Below, in pieces: positions 39,758 through 48,812 of a stretch of 64,000 bases of DNA. The DNA comes from Candidatus Ligilactobacillus faecavium. Its GTDB lineage: Bacteria; Bacillota; Bacilli; Lactobacillales; Lactobacillaceae. Numbering within the stretch: the first letter of the stretch is position 1; the number at the start of each line of letters is the position of its first letter. A program made the position numbers and the translations under genes. The notes under the pieces were generated by a model. It had not been told where the DNA came from, did no database searches, and worked only from the letters and a program-made list of their open reading frames with translations. Location of the stretch: NCBI GenBank assembly GCA_019120355.1, contig DWVG01000036.1, positions 2,024-66,023 of the forward strand, written 5' to 3'.

Positions 39758-40540
39758 CTAAAATGGCAACGTATTTCTTCGCTTAGATTTTTTCTTTTGT
39801 TTCGGTCTTACTCGTTTCAAACTTTCCTGATGTTGCTTTTCCAATTTTTCAGCTTGTTCTACTGTATGAATTCCAAGTTGTTCATATCTCATCAAAATCT
39901 TATTCAAGTAATTAAAGCTCCGACGTTCTGTTTGATTAGCCATGCTATTAATGGCAAACTGAACAACTTCATCTGAAAGATTTTGAATATATTCGCTTAA
40001 AATTTGATTCTGTGTTGGTGTTAGTACACCAACTGTAATTTGATACAGTTCAAAAGCATTCTGCCTACTCTCTATATTTTTAGTAGAATTATCTAGAGAG
40101 TCGCGCGCAGATGATGATCTATTATCCTTTTTATTTAGTATTTCTTTTTTATTAGTATTATTTGTATTTAGTAGTGGTACATTTCCTGTCGGACAGATTT
40201 TGTTGTCAACAGCATTTTCTGTCGGACAGGTTTTGTGCTTGACAGGAAAATCACCAGTATCACTTAGTTCCCAAGACATTCCACCAAAATGTCCTTCTGT
40301 GTGATACATTGTTCTTTTTAAGTAACCATATTTTTCAAGTTCCGAAAGCCCACTTTGCAAAGACCTAATTCCGTCTTTAGAATGCTTAACAACTTCATCA
40401 ACATAGAAATTCCAATCATCAGGCATTGCCCATAGATAGATAAATATCCCCCGAGCTTTCCAGCTTAGTCGTTCATCTTTAATTAGCTTATTGTCAGTGA
40501 TTGTAAAATTATTCTTTTTAAATCGTTTAATATTACTCAT
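39758..40540 (-). CDS. Phage replication initiator (wHTH plus DnaD-like domain)
   Basis: NFT…LSWKARG…DDW.F…ELEKYGYL; C-terminal Y..KIL…GI.T. Confidence 0.85.
   Translation of the reverse strand: MSNIKRFKKNNFTITDNKLIKDERLSWKARGIFIYLWAMPDDWNFYVDEVVKHSKDGIRSLQSGLSELEKYGYLKRTMYHTEGHFGGMSWELSDTGDFPVKHKTCPTENAVDNKICPTGNVPLLNTNNTNKKEILNKKDNRSSSARDSLDNSTKNIESRQNAFELYQITVGVLTPTQNQILSEYIQNLSDEVVQFAINSMANQTERRSFNYLNKILMRYEQLGIHTVEQAEKLEKQHQESLKRVRPKQKKKSKRRNTLPF
40180..40250. repeat. Putative phage origin iterons inside the initiator gene
   Basis: Two CTGTCGGACAG palindromes plus a GACAGGAAAA half-site next to an AT-rich tract. Confidence 0.6.
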
Positions 40541-40543
40541 TAA

Positions 40544-40780
40544 TCATTCACCTCTAAGCTCATACCAATCAGGAACTTTTCCAGTTTCTGAATAAAACTC
40601 CAATGCTTGACCATTATTGCAAAGCCTTACTATTTCTGTTGGATCATCAACAATTCTTCCGGTACTATCAATTAAAACTTCGAATTCTCTGCCGTTATAT
40701 TGCACAGTTCTTTGACAATACGCTTCATTAATCAATCCCACTGTTGTAAGTTCACGATTTTCTTCACTCATCATTAACAC
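40544..40780 (-). CDS. Hypothetical phage protein
   Basis: AGGAGGT RBS. Confidence 0.6.
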   Translation of the reverse strand: MLMMSEENRELTTVGLINEAYCQRTVQYNGREFEVLIDSTGRIVDDPTEIVRLCNNGQALEFYSETGKVPDWYELRGE

Positions 40781-40783
40781 CTC

Positions 40784-41632
40784 CTATAATTCATCAGCAT
40801 GTACAAACTTTGTTAATTGCTTTGTTGCTCTGCAGTATTCGCATTGTTCACACCGCTTAGGCTTTTCTTCGCCTTTGATTAATTTCCAAATCCGAGGTTG
40901 CTTATCCAAAATATCTTGCATTGCCAAATCCAATAACTCTTGTGATTCATCAGATACAAAATCAAGTGCTTCAACATCTGGTGGTGTTTGCTTTGATACT
41001 GCAAAGATGAATGGTAAGCAATCAATATCAAATGTTTGTCTGATTAATTCGATATAAACTGCCATTTGATAGTAATATCCATACGCTTCAACAAAGTTTT
41101 CTTTTTGTCGTGTTTGATCATTCCAAATTTTTTGGTGAATATCGCGTGTTGTTTTTAAATCACAAAAGAAACCGTGCATTTTTCGTAAACTATCAATTTT
41201 TCCTTTCCACGGAAAGCCACCAATTTCGCCAGTTACAATGACTTCTTTTTCTCCTGGCTCATATAACTGCTTAAATAGCTTTTGATTTGCTAATTGCTTA
41301 ATCATTTCATCAGCAATCTTGTACGGTGCTTTAAGTTGTCCTTTTGATTTTCCACGTGTTGAAAACATTGAACTTTGATTTGCTTCAATGAATTTTTTGT
41401 GGCTCTCCTCACTTTCAAAGTACGAATGAATGTAATTCCCAACTAACAAAGCTGTCTTATCTTCTTCCGGTTGCCATTCATCATTTAACTTTGCTAATGC
41501 ACATGCTTCACACTTCAAAAAATCTTTGAACAATGAAACCGACATATACGCTCTGTCTGTTTCGTGTGTGTAGTAATTATTCGCCGTCAACTGGCATTCC
41601 AAAGTGATCAAAGAGTTCTTCTTGTTTGGCAT
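40784..41632 (-). CDS. PD-(D/E)XK exonuclease (DUF3799/RecE-like)
   Basis: NYY…YMSVS..K.F..CEA…KGKID…DLKT…CE.CEYCR; start refined from the RBS. Confidence 0.8.
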   Translation of the reverse strand: MPNKKNSLITLECQLTANNYYTHETDRAYMSVSLFKDFLKCEACALAKLNDEWQPEEDKTALLVGNYIHSYFESEESHKKFIEANQSSMFSTRGKSKGQLKAPYKIADEMIKQLANQKLFKQLYEPGEKEVIVTGEIGGFPWKGKIDSLRKMHGFFCDLKTTRDIHQKIWNDQTRQKENFVEAYGYYYQMAVYIELIRQTFDIDCLPFIFAVSKQTPPDVEALDFVSDESQELLDLAMQDILDKQPRIWKLIKGEEKPKRCEQCEYCRATKQLTKFVHADEL

Positions 41633-42521
41633 TATCTGACACCTCACTTTCTTGATTATCATTTGCTTGTTGTTCTTCAACTGTTTCTGTTTTTTGTGTT
41701 GCTTCTTCTTGTTTCTCAACCTGTTTTTCTTTTGGTTCAGCTAAGGCTTCTTTCAAAATATCCTTTGCTTTTTCTTCTTTAGGTGTTACATCTTTACGAA
41801 TTTCGTTATCATCATCAAATTCATTGCTTGTTGTACGATTGATTGCATCCGTTAATAAATCACTGTCATCAGATGTGTTGATATACATTTTGGCTGCCCG
41901 ATTTAACACCGTTCGTTTTGCCATTTCATCTCCAAAATTCTTTTGAACTTGATTATTACGTTGACGTGTTTGAGCCCAGCTCTTATCAATTTGTTTCTTA
42001 GTCATAATCGTGTAATCCAATTGCCCGTCTGTTCGTTTGATAATGGCAAATACCCCAACCAATTCGTTATCTAGATTTTCAAACTTAGGAACAAATTTAC
42101 TTACGACTGTTTCCATATCTTGATTAGATCCAATCTCAAACTCATCTCCTTGATGAATCACTTCAGCTTTAACATCAGCAATATCATTCAAGCGTTTAAG
42201 CACTGCGACTGTTCCAAAATATGAACGCTGCATTTGCAATTTAGTTCCATATGGAATGAAGTAACATTGATTTTTTGCTGGGCTTAATCCTTGAGTAACC
42301 ATATCCAACAAAGTATTAGCGATTGACGCTTTATCACATGCAACAAGTACTGGCTTTTTATCTCTAGTCATTGTTTCATTCAAAGTAAAGAACGCTGCTT
42401 TTAAAGCATTTTGAGCGTTGTAATTTTTAGGTAACTGCAACCCCGTTTTTTCAAGTTCTGTAATCTTTGCACTTACCGTATCCGTAATATCTTTTTGAAT
42501 TTGTGCTAAATTATTTGTCAT
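41577..42521 (-). CDS. recT: RecT-family recombinase
   Basis: QGLSPAKNQCYFIPYG…RSYFG…EMAKRTV.NRA.K. Confidence 0.85.
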   Translation of the reverse strand: MTNNLAQIQKDITDTVSAKITELEKTGLQLPKNYNAQNALKAAFFTLNETMTRDKKPVLVACDKASIANTLLDMVTQGLSPAKNQCYFIPYGTKLQMQRSYFGTVAVLKRLNDIADVKAEVIHQGDEFEIGSNQDMETVVSKFVPKFENLDNELVGVFAIIKRTDGQLDYTIMTKKQIDKSWAQTRQRNNQVQKNFGDEMAKRTVLNRAAKMYINTSDDSDLLTDAINRTTSNEFDDDNEIRKDVTPKEEKAKDILKEALAEPKEKQVEKQEEATQKTETVEEQQANDNQESEVSDNAKQEELFDHFGMPVDGE

Positions 42522-42572
42522 AGTTTTATCTGTCCTTTCCGCTATAATTAAGTTAGTTTCTTATGAAAGAAG

Positions 42573-42794
42573 ATGTATTTTATGGATTTAGAAAAAATAT
42601 TGATCAAGCACGCTCCAAATACACGTCCTTGTGGCATTCGGAACATTGAAACCATTCAAGAAATCAAAAATGAAAGTGGCTTGAACGATTCTGCTTTAGC
42701 TGAAGCACTCAATGAACTTCCATACGTTTCAACCGTTGGCGGTAGTAATGAGATTGCTTCTATTGAACTTGATGAAGGATTTCCAACTAAATAA
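42573..42794 (+). CDS. Hypothetical protein, opposite strand in the early region
   Basis: Own TATAAT at ~42543; 73 aa. Confidence 0.5.
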   Translation: MYFMDLEKILIKHAPNTRPCGIRNIETIQEIKNESGLNDSALAEALNELPYVSTVGGSNEIASIELDEGFPTK

Positions 42795-42798
42795 TTTT

Positions 42799-43125
42799 TT
42801 AGTCGTTCCTTAATCGTTCAGAAATCAAAATTCTGATATATGCGTCCTGAAGATTGATTGCGAATAGTTTCATCTGATTTTCTGTGATTTTTGGTATAAA
42901 ATCTTGCAAAAATTCAATTCGATGTTTTAAACTCAATCTTTCTAGAATTTTTGGCAATTCATCACGAAAGACTTGAATTACATGCGAACTTACGCCATAA
43001 TTAGTGTTGTGAATTTTATTTGTGATAGTTTTATCAAGTTCGGTATTTTTACCGAGCTTTTTTTGTGTGTTCATTTTGATATGCTCTCCTTTCTTTTGAT
43101 TCATCATTAGCTTTTTTACATACAT
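42799..43125 (-). CDS. Hypothetical phage protein
   Basis: ORF track; the true start is probably internal. Confidence 0.5.
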   Translation of the reverse strand: MYVKKLMMNQKKGEHIKMNTQKKLGKNTELDKTITNKIHNTNYGVSSHVIQVFRDELPKILERLSLKHRIEFLQDFIPKITENQMKLFAINLQDAYIRILISERLRND

Positions 43126-43246
43126 GAATTAATGGCAAAACCATTGCTAACCACATTACCCAACTGCTAACTAATGAAGCATTCAATAAACTTGTGATGA
43201 TGTAGACCCATAACCCTGTATCAACAACCAACCAATTTACTTTCAT
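43049..43246 (-). CDS. Small membrane hypothetical protein
   Basis: AAGGAG RBS, hydrophobic. Confidence 0.5.
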   Translation of the reverse strand: MKVNWLVVDTGLWVYIITSLLNASLVSSWVMWLAMVLPLIHVCKKANDESKERRAYQNEHTKKAR

Positions 43247-43258
43247 TGTTTTTCTCCT

Positions 43259-43399
43259 TTACATGACTTTAAATTCTGTTACGTTATCGGCTTCCATTCT
43301 TTCAACCGCAATAACTACCTTGCCTTGTTTTTCCAATTCTTTTTGTTTTTCTAATACTTCTTCATCGCTTAAAAAATTATTGATTTTAATTGTTTCCAT
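43259..43399 (-). CDS. Hypothetical 46-aa protein
   Basis: AAAGGA RBS; METIKINNFLSDEEV…; not in ORF track. Confidence 0.5.
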   Translation of the reverse strand: METIKINNFLSDEEVLEKQKELEKQGKVVIAVERMEADNVTEFKVM

Positions 43400-43414
43400 G
43401 ATATTGATTCCTTT

Positions 43415-43687
43415 CTATAACTGATTTTGTTCCATGAATTTATCCAATTCCTTACGGTCAAATCTTTCTAATGAAGTTCCTGGAATTGTAATCGGTCTGA
43501 TTTCACCGGCTTCTCTCAACTTCCGAAATGTTTCATCACCAATGTTCAAATATTGATGAGCTTCTTTAACCTTTAAAAACCGTTTTTCACTCTTTCGAGC
43601 TTCAACTTTTCCAACCCGGTGAACTTCTTCAACAAGTGCTTCAACAATTTTTTCTGTTGCCTTGTCGCTTAACAAATCTGTTAGCAT
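43415..43687 (-). CDS. Excisionase-like HTH protein
   Basis: FL.V.EA..YL.IG..TF.KL…G.I…RFDR.ELD. Confidence 0.75.
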   Translation of the reverse strand: MLTDLLSDKATEKIVEALVEEVHRVGKVEARKSEKRFLKVKEAHQYLNIGDETFRKLREAGEIRPITIPGTSLERFDRKELDKFMEQNQL

Positions 43688-43781
43688 TTAAAACACCCTT
43701 TCTAATTACTGAAATCAAGGTTCTTAGCAAGTTCAAAATTTCCTGATTTAAATTTGTATGATTTCATCATTGTTCATCTCC

Positions 43782-44105
43782 TACATTTTAAATGTATATA
43801 AAATTTAAAAAAATATTAGCTGTTGCTTTGGAATTTTTACAATCTTACTAAATTTATCTGCAGTATCAACTCGCATTAACGTTTTTCCATTCTCATAATT
43901 AGCATATGTTGGTAAGGAAACCCCTAATAAATCAGCCATTTGACTTTGACTAAGTCCAACATTATGACGTGCCGCAGATAAACTAAATTTGGTTTGTGTT
44001 TCCAAATTATCGCCTCCTTATTAAGTACATTTATAATATACTACATTTTAAATGTATTGTAAATACTTTTATTGAAAAAATACTAAAAAAAATATTTAAA
44101 ATGTA
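43782..44105. promoter_or_regulatory. Lysis/lysogeny operators TACATTT-n-AAATGTA
   Basis: Perfect copies at 43782..43796 and 44042..44056; degenerate copy at 44091..44105 among the divergent promoters. Confidence 0.75.
43805..44005 (-). CDS. Cro-like XRE regulator
   Basis: L.AAR…GLSQ..MA..LGVS..TY..YE.G; divergent from the repressor. Confidence 0.85.
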   Translation of the reverse strand: METQTKFSLSAARHNVGLSQSQMADLLGVSLPTYANYENGKTLMRVDTADKFSKIVKIPKQQLIFF

Positions 44106-44144
44106 ACGTTTGTTATATAATACATATAAAGTATATACAAGGAG

Positions 44145-44492
44145 GTGATTAATTTGACTTTTGCTGAAAAATTCAAAGAATTACGAAAAGAACATAATTA
44201 CACTCAAAAAGATTTAGCAAATATTTTAGAAGTTAAACCTACTACCATTTCTGCATGGGAACTAGGGAATAATTCTCCTCGTATGGATATGTTAAAGAAA
44301 ATAAGTAACTTATTTGGAGTAAATGTCGGTTATTTCTTTGATGAAGAAAACAATTCTAATAATAAACGTGAATTTACTTTAGAAGAAGCACTCGCCTCCG
44401 TAATGAGTTATGACGGGAAACCAATGACAGATAATGATAAGGAGATCATCGAAGGAATTATTAAGGGGTATATGGAAAACAAAAAGGAGTAG
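44145..44492 (+). CDS. CI/ImmR-like XRE repressor (no S24 peptidase domain)
   Basis: XRE HTH plus MSYDGKPMTDND C-terminus. Confidence 0.85.
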   Translation: MINLTFAEKFKELRKEHNYTQKDLANILEVKPTTISAWELGNNSPRMDMLKKISNLFGVNVGYFFDEENNSNNKREFTLEEALASVMSYDGKPMTDNDKEIIEGIIKGYMENKKE

Positions 44493-44520
44493 GCAATAAA
44501 TTATTCAGGAGAGATTAAAA

Positions 44521-45186
44521 ATGGATACTAATTGTTTACTTTGTGGGAAGAAAACCACCTTTTTTACACGTCATGAATATCGTTCGGGCTTTATTTGCAA
44601 AGATTGTTATAAAAAAATGAAGCAAGATATTAAAGCTCAAATAAAAGAACATAAGAAACAAATTTTTTCACTCGAAAAGGTTTATTTCGATTTTGAATCA
44701 AAACAAATTCTTATCAATCAAACTAATAAAATCGATATTCGCAATTTTAATGAACTCAAGTCTATTGAACCCTTTCAAAAAGAACACGGAGAAACTAAAA
44801 AACATACTTTAACAAGAGCAACTGTCGGCGGTGTCCTTTTTGGTGGCGTTGGTGCTGTTGTTGGAGCTTTGTCTGGTGGTAAAGAATATAAATATATTGA
44901 TGAGTTAGGATTAAAAATCACTTTTACTGGCGGTCTAACTTACAACATTAAATTAATCACAACTCAAACAAAATCTGACAGTTTTACTGTAAATACAATT
45001 AACGAAGAAATTCGGGTTCTATCCGATAGATTAACACCCTACATAATGGAAAATAACAAAGAGCAAGAATCTTCAAAAAATGATAATGACATCGAAGAAT
45101 TGAAAAAGTTAAAGCGACTCGTTGATGGCGGAGTTATTACTCAAGAAGAATTTGAAGCTAAAAAGAAACAAATTTTAGGACTATAA
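44521..45186 (+). CDS. SHOCT-domain protein with N-terminal Cys knuckle
   Basis: CxxC…CxxC, GGVLFGGVGAVVG, L.KLK.L.D.G.IT.EEFE.KKKQIL. Confidence 0.75.
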   Translation: MDTNCLLCGKKTTFFTRHEYRSGFICKDCYKKMKQDIKAQIKEHKKQIFSLEKVYFDFESKQILINQTNKIDIRNFNELKSIEPFQKEHGETKKHTLTRATVGGVLFGGVGAVVGALSGGKEYKYIDELGLKITFTGGLTYNIKLITTQTKSDSFTVNTINEEIRVLSDRLTPYIMENNKEQESSKNDNDIEELKKLKRLVDGGVITQEEFEAKKKQILGL

Positions 45187-45205
45187 AAATAAGGGAGGAA
45201 AACAT

Positions 45206-46000
45206 TTGATTTGTATAAAGTTTAGCCAATTAGGTAATTTTATTAGCACGCATTGGGAATTGAATATTCCTTTAATTTTTCTTCCTTTCATTTGTCTATT
45301 GGGGGCTTATAAAAAGAAAAATAAATTTTCTAAGACTACTTTTTATTCGATATTATTTTCCAGTACCCTTATAGCTGTTATAACAGGAGTCTTTGATATT
45401 TATCAAATTTATAAATGGATGCACGTTAAAGCATGTGCTGGATTAACTGGCGTTACTGCCACGGTTTTAACGATTATAGCAACTATTTTTGGATATTTTT
45501 ACAATAAAAGTCAAAGTAAAATTCAAGCTATTCATGCTGAAAGTGAGTGGCGTAAGAGATTATTAGATTTAGAGAAGAAACCATTTTATACAACGAATGA
45601 TCTATTAGAGCTTAATTCTTTTATTAATCCGTATCATGAAGAACACGGTAAAGATAATTTGGATATTTACGTAAATGATGTGATAGTAGGCTGTATTGAA
45701 CATCTTAACGATGATAACAACAATAATAGAGGTAATAGTACCATCGAAAAAAGTTATAAAATCGAAAATTATCTAAAACCAATACTCTTTGGAAAAACTA
45801 ATAATAATGACACTAAAGAAAATTCTAAATCCGATAGCGATGATACTAAGAAATCAACATTATGGGATATATGGTTCCCAAATTATTGTAGAGTCATAAA
45901 AAATGAAATCGATACTATTAAAATTCGTCGTTGTATACACGCTCTCTTAAAAGATGACTGGGAGAAAAACGTAAGACAACATACATTTTATAAGAAGTGA
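45206..46000 (+). CDS. Hypothetical membrane protein (3 TM plus soluble domain)
   Basis: GGAGG RBS, TTG start; SEWRK.L and LLK.DW motifs. Confidence 0.65.
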   Translation: MICIKFSQLGNFISTHWELNIPLIFLPFICLLGAYKKKNKFSKTTFYSILFSSTLIAVITGVFDIYQIYKWMHVKACAGLTGVTATVLTIIATIFGYFYNKSQSKIQAIHAESEWRKRLLDLEKKPFYTTNDLLELNSFINPYHEEHGKDNLDIYVNDVIVGCIEHLNDDNNNNRGNSTIEKSYKIENYLKPILFGKTNNNDTKENSKSDSDDTKKSTLWDIWFPNYCRVIKNEIDTIKIRRCIHALLKDDWEKNVRQHTFYKK

Positions 46001-46004
46001 TTTT

Positions 46005-46820
46005 ATGGGAAAGAAAAATGGAAAAAAACAAAAAATGGAAGAGAAAAAGGATATTAAAGAATTTTTGTATATTGATACTGAACTAGTTGATTCTTTGCTT
46101 TCACAAATTAAAGACGGTCTGGTTAAAACCATTACTAGGACAGAACAATCTGTAACTGGCTTAAACCGCCAAAATAGCGTTGAAAATACAACAAGTGGAA
46201 AAGTTTCGGTCATAGGTTCTGGTGTATCAAATTCTACTAAACTTAATCATACAAATAACAAAAGCGAACAGAATCTAGCTTCTCTAAGTTTAAATACCGT
46301 CTATTACGATTATGCTGTTGAAATCTTAGAAAATGAACTTAATCTTTCATTATCAACAGAAAAAGGAAGTGCGTCAGAAGAAAATTTCATACTTTCAAGA
46401 AATGAATTTAGCATTTGTAATTTCTCAGAATTAAACAATTTACTCTCTCTACCAGCATTAAAAAAATCAATACTAGACGATGTAAATAATCCTGCTACTT
46501 CAGAAAGTTTCCAAATGTTAGGTGACGCATCGCAAATTTTAGGAGATGTTAATTATATAAGATTAGGAAAAAATCTAATTATTCCTAAAAATGATGATTT
46601 TAGAGTTTCTGAAACTCAACTTGAATTATTTAAAAACAGTAATCGTTATTTAACAGTATTAGGTATCGTTGAATCAACTTTATCAAAAAAAGATTTTGAT
46701 TTACAAACACTAAATATAAATAATGTTAAAGGAGTAGCTACCTTAAATATTTTGAAGGAATTAAATGTTGTAGAAGATAATTCAAAACTAATTTTACCAA
46801 TTGCACTTTACTTTAAATAA
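46005..46820 (+). CDS. DUF6414-like hypothetical protein
   Basis: KEFLYID..LV.SLLSQ..DGL and C-terminal PIALY. Confidence 0.55.
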   Translation: MGKKNGKKQKMEEKKDIKEFLYIDTELVDSLLSQIKDGLVKTITRTEQSVTGLNRQNSVENTTSGKVSVIGSGVSNSTKLNHTNNKSEQNLASLSLNTVYYDYAVEILENELNLSLSTEKGSASEENFILSRNEFSICNFSELNNLLSLPALKKSILDDVNNPATSESFQMLGDASQILGDVNYIRLGKNLIIPKNDDFRVSETQLELFKNSNRYLTVLGIVESTLSKKDFDLQTLNINNVKGVATLNILKELNVVEDNSKLILPIALYFK

Positions 46821-46993
46821 CGTTCTATATCCGAGTTTATTTTTTGGGAAAATAAAGCGTTTCTTTTTTGGAGTTTTTTGAACTCTTGATTGAATTGTTT
46901 ATCTTCTTTTTCAAATTGCTTTACATTGTGTTCAAAATTCTTTTGATCTTTATGAAATAATTTTAGCAATTCTTGATTTTTCATACAGTTCAC
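46808..46993 (-). CDS. Small coiled-coil hypothetical protein
   Basis: GAGGG RBS; convergent with the previous gene. Confidence 0.4.
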   Translation of the reverse strand: MNCMKNQELLKLFHKDQKNFEHNVKQFEKEDKQFNQEFKKLQKRNALFSQKINSDIERYLK

Positions 46994-47051
46994 CCTCTCA
47001 CGTGAATTGTATCACATAATGTATTTTATTTCGAAATGAGCTGATGACGCT

Positions 47052-47435
47052 ATGAATATTCATATTAAAGATATTCTAAAGCGATATGATATTGGCTTAG
47101 TTTTCAATGATAATCTCGACCATAAGGGGTATTATATCGAAGCAATCAACGTAATTGTTGTAAATGGTCAGTTATCTGAAAGAGAACAAGAATTAGTTAT
47201 TTTGCACGAATTGGGTCATGCAATCAATCATACAGAATGTGTTTTGTATAACACTACCCCAACGAATCATATAAAGTCTGAAGCAGACGCTAATTCATTT
47301 ATGATTGCTGAACTAATTAATGAATATACATCAATTCCTGATAATGAACTTGATGATATTGATTATTCTAAATTACTCAAAATAACTCATTTGAATCCAG
47401 ATCATATCGCTCGAATTATTAAACGTATGTACTAA
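47052..47435 (+). CDS. ImmA/IrrE-family metallopeptidase (anti-repressor)
   Basis: LHELGH…EADAN. Confidence 0.85.
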   Translation: MNIHIKDILKRYDIGLVFNDNLDHKGYYIEAINVIVVNGQLSEREQELVILHELGHAINHTECVLYNTTPTNHIKSEADANSFMIAELINEYTSIPDNELDDIDYSKLLKITHLNPDHIARIIKRMY

Positions 47436-47493
47436 AGGAGTAAGCGACATTAGCTAATAACTACCCTATCAAGGGTTTTTATTTAGCACTTTT

Positions 47494-47511
47494 ATCGAAC
47501 GTACATTCGAT
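47494..47511. promoter_or_regulatory. Putative LexA (Cheo) box upstream of the integrase
   Basis: ATCGAAC-GTAC-ATTCGAT, one mismatch from GAAC-N4-GTTC. Confidence 0.5.
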
Positions 47512-47537
47512 AAAATAAATAGAAAGGAACTTTTGAT

Positions 47538-48713
47538 ATGGCAACATTTACATCATATAAAACTAAAGACGGAAAACGTAAATATAAATTTAAAGTTTAT
47601 CTAGGAAAAGATCCATTGACCGGAAAGCGTATTGAAACATCACGTCAGGGCTTTAATTCAAAAAAAGAAGCGCAAATTGCTCTTCGTAATGTTCAAGCTG
47701 ACTTTGAAAAAAATGGCTGGAAAAAACAAAATAATAAATTAGAAACTTTTGATGACTTATTTTATTTTTGGCTTGAATCATTTAAAAATACTGTTAAATC
47801 TAACACAGCTTATACCAAAAAAAGGCGATATGAAACATCACTTAGAAGCAAAGTTGGCAATATTAAATTTAAAAAGATTAAAGTTGATTTTTGCCAAAAA
47901 CTAATTAATGATCTAGCTGAAAAATATGCAGGTTATTCACTTATTTACTCTTGCCTATCTCAGCCAATGGATTACGCTGTTAAAAATGGCTTGATTGATT
48001 CTAATCCATTTAGATTGGTTACTTACCCACGACATCATGGAAATGCTCACCCTCATCGTAAGGGATATGAAAACTTTTATAATCGTGATGAGTTAAAAGA
48101 ATTCTTATCAGCTTTAAGAGATTATAGTCAACAACGAGCTTTCTATCTTTTCCCACTTTGCCGATTACTTGCTTTTTCTGGAATGCGTGTAGGTGAAGCA
48201 TTAGCTCTAGAATGGAATGACATCAATTTTATTACCGGAGAATTAACAATCAACAAAACTACATCATTTAATCGTGAACTGCATAAAGTAATTGTACAGT
48301 CGCCTAAAACTAAAAGTTCAATTCGGAAAATATATCTTGATGAAATAACGCTGAGCATATTAAAAGAATGGAAACTAAAGCAACAAAAATTATTTTTTAT
48401 CTATGGTGTTCGCTTTGACAAAAAAGAATATGTTTTTACAAAATTAAGATCTAATAGATTAATGTACTCATCCAATGTTGAAACAAGCCTTCAAGAATTT
48501 TACAAAGCGCACAAAGAATTGAAGCCAATTGCTCCACATGGCTTTCGGCATACACATGCTAGCCTTTTATTTGAAGCAGGAGCTACAATCAAGGAAGTTC
48601 AAGAAAGATTAGGACACAAAGACGCCAAAACCACATTGAATATTTATACTCACGTTACTAGCGGTAAGAATGAAGAACTACCTGAAAAATTAGTAAATTA
48701 TCTCGATTTCTGA
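47538..48713 (+). CDS. int: Tyrosine integrase
   Basis: Arm-binding N-terminus, SGMRVGE, HGFRHTHAS, RLGH, IYTH. Confidence 0.95.
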   Translation: MATFTSYKTKDGKRKYKFKVYLGKDPLTGKRIETSRQGFNSKKEAQIALRNVQADFEKNGWKKQNNKLETFDDLFYFWLESFKNTVKSNTAYTKKRRYETSLRSKVGNIKFKKIKVDFCQKLINDLAEKYAGYSLIYSCLSQPMDYAVKNGLIDSNPFRLVTYPRHHGNAHPHRKGYENFYNRDELKEFLSALRDYSQQRAFYLFPLCRLLAFSGMRVGEALALEWNDINFITGELTINKTTSFNRELHKVIVQSPKTKSSIRKIYLDEITLSILKEWKLKQQKLFFIYGVRFDKKEYVFTKLRSNRLMYSSNVETSLQEFYKAHKELKPIAPHGFRHTHASLLFEAGATIKEVQERLGHKDAKTTLNIYTHVTSGKNEELPEKLVNYLDF

Positions 48714-48718
48714 CAGAA

Positions 48719-48739
48719 TGTGGGTAATTTTGTGGGTAA
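48719..48739 (+). repeat. Integrase arm-type sites, right arm (2x TGTGGGTAA)
   Basis: Direct repeats matching 6087..6136. Confidence 0.7.
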
Positions 48740-48771
48740 TTTAACCACGAATCATAAAATCTAGTGTATAA

Positions 48772-48807
48772 AAAATAGCCTGTAACGTTGATATTACAGG
48801 CTATTTT
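48772..48807. terminator. Phage-supplied bidirectional terminator for int and polC
   Basis: AAAATAGCCTGTAA/TTACAGGCTATTTT. Confidence 0.8.
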
Positions 48808-48812
48808 ACATA

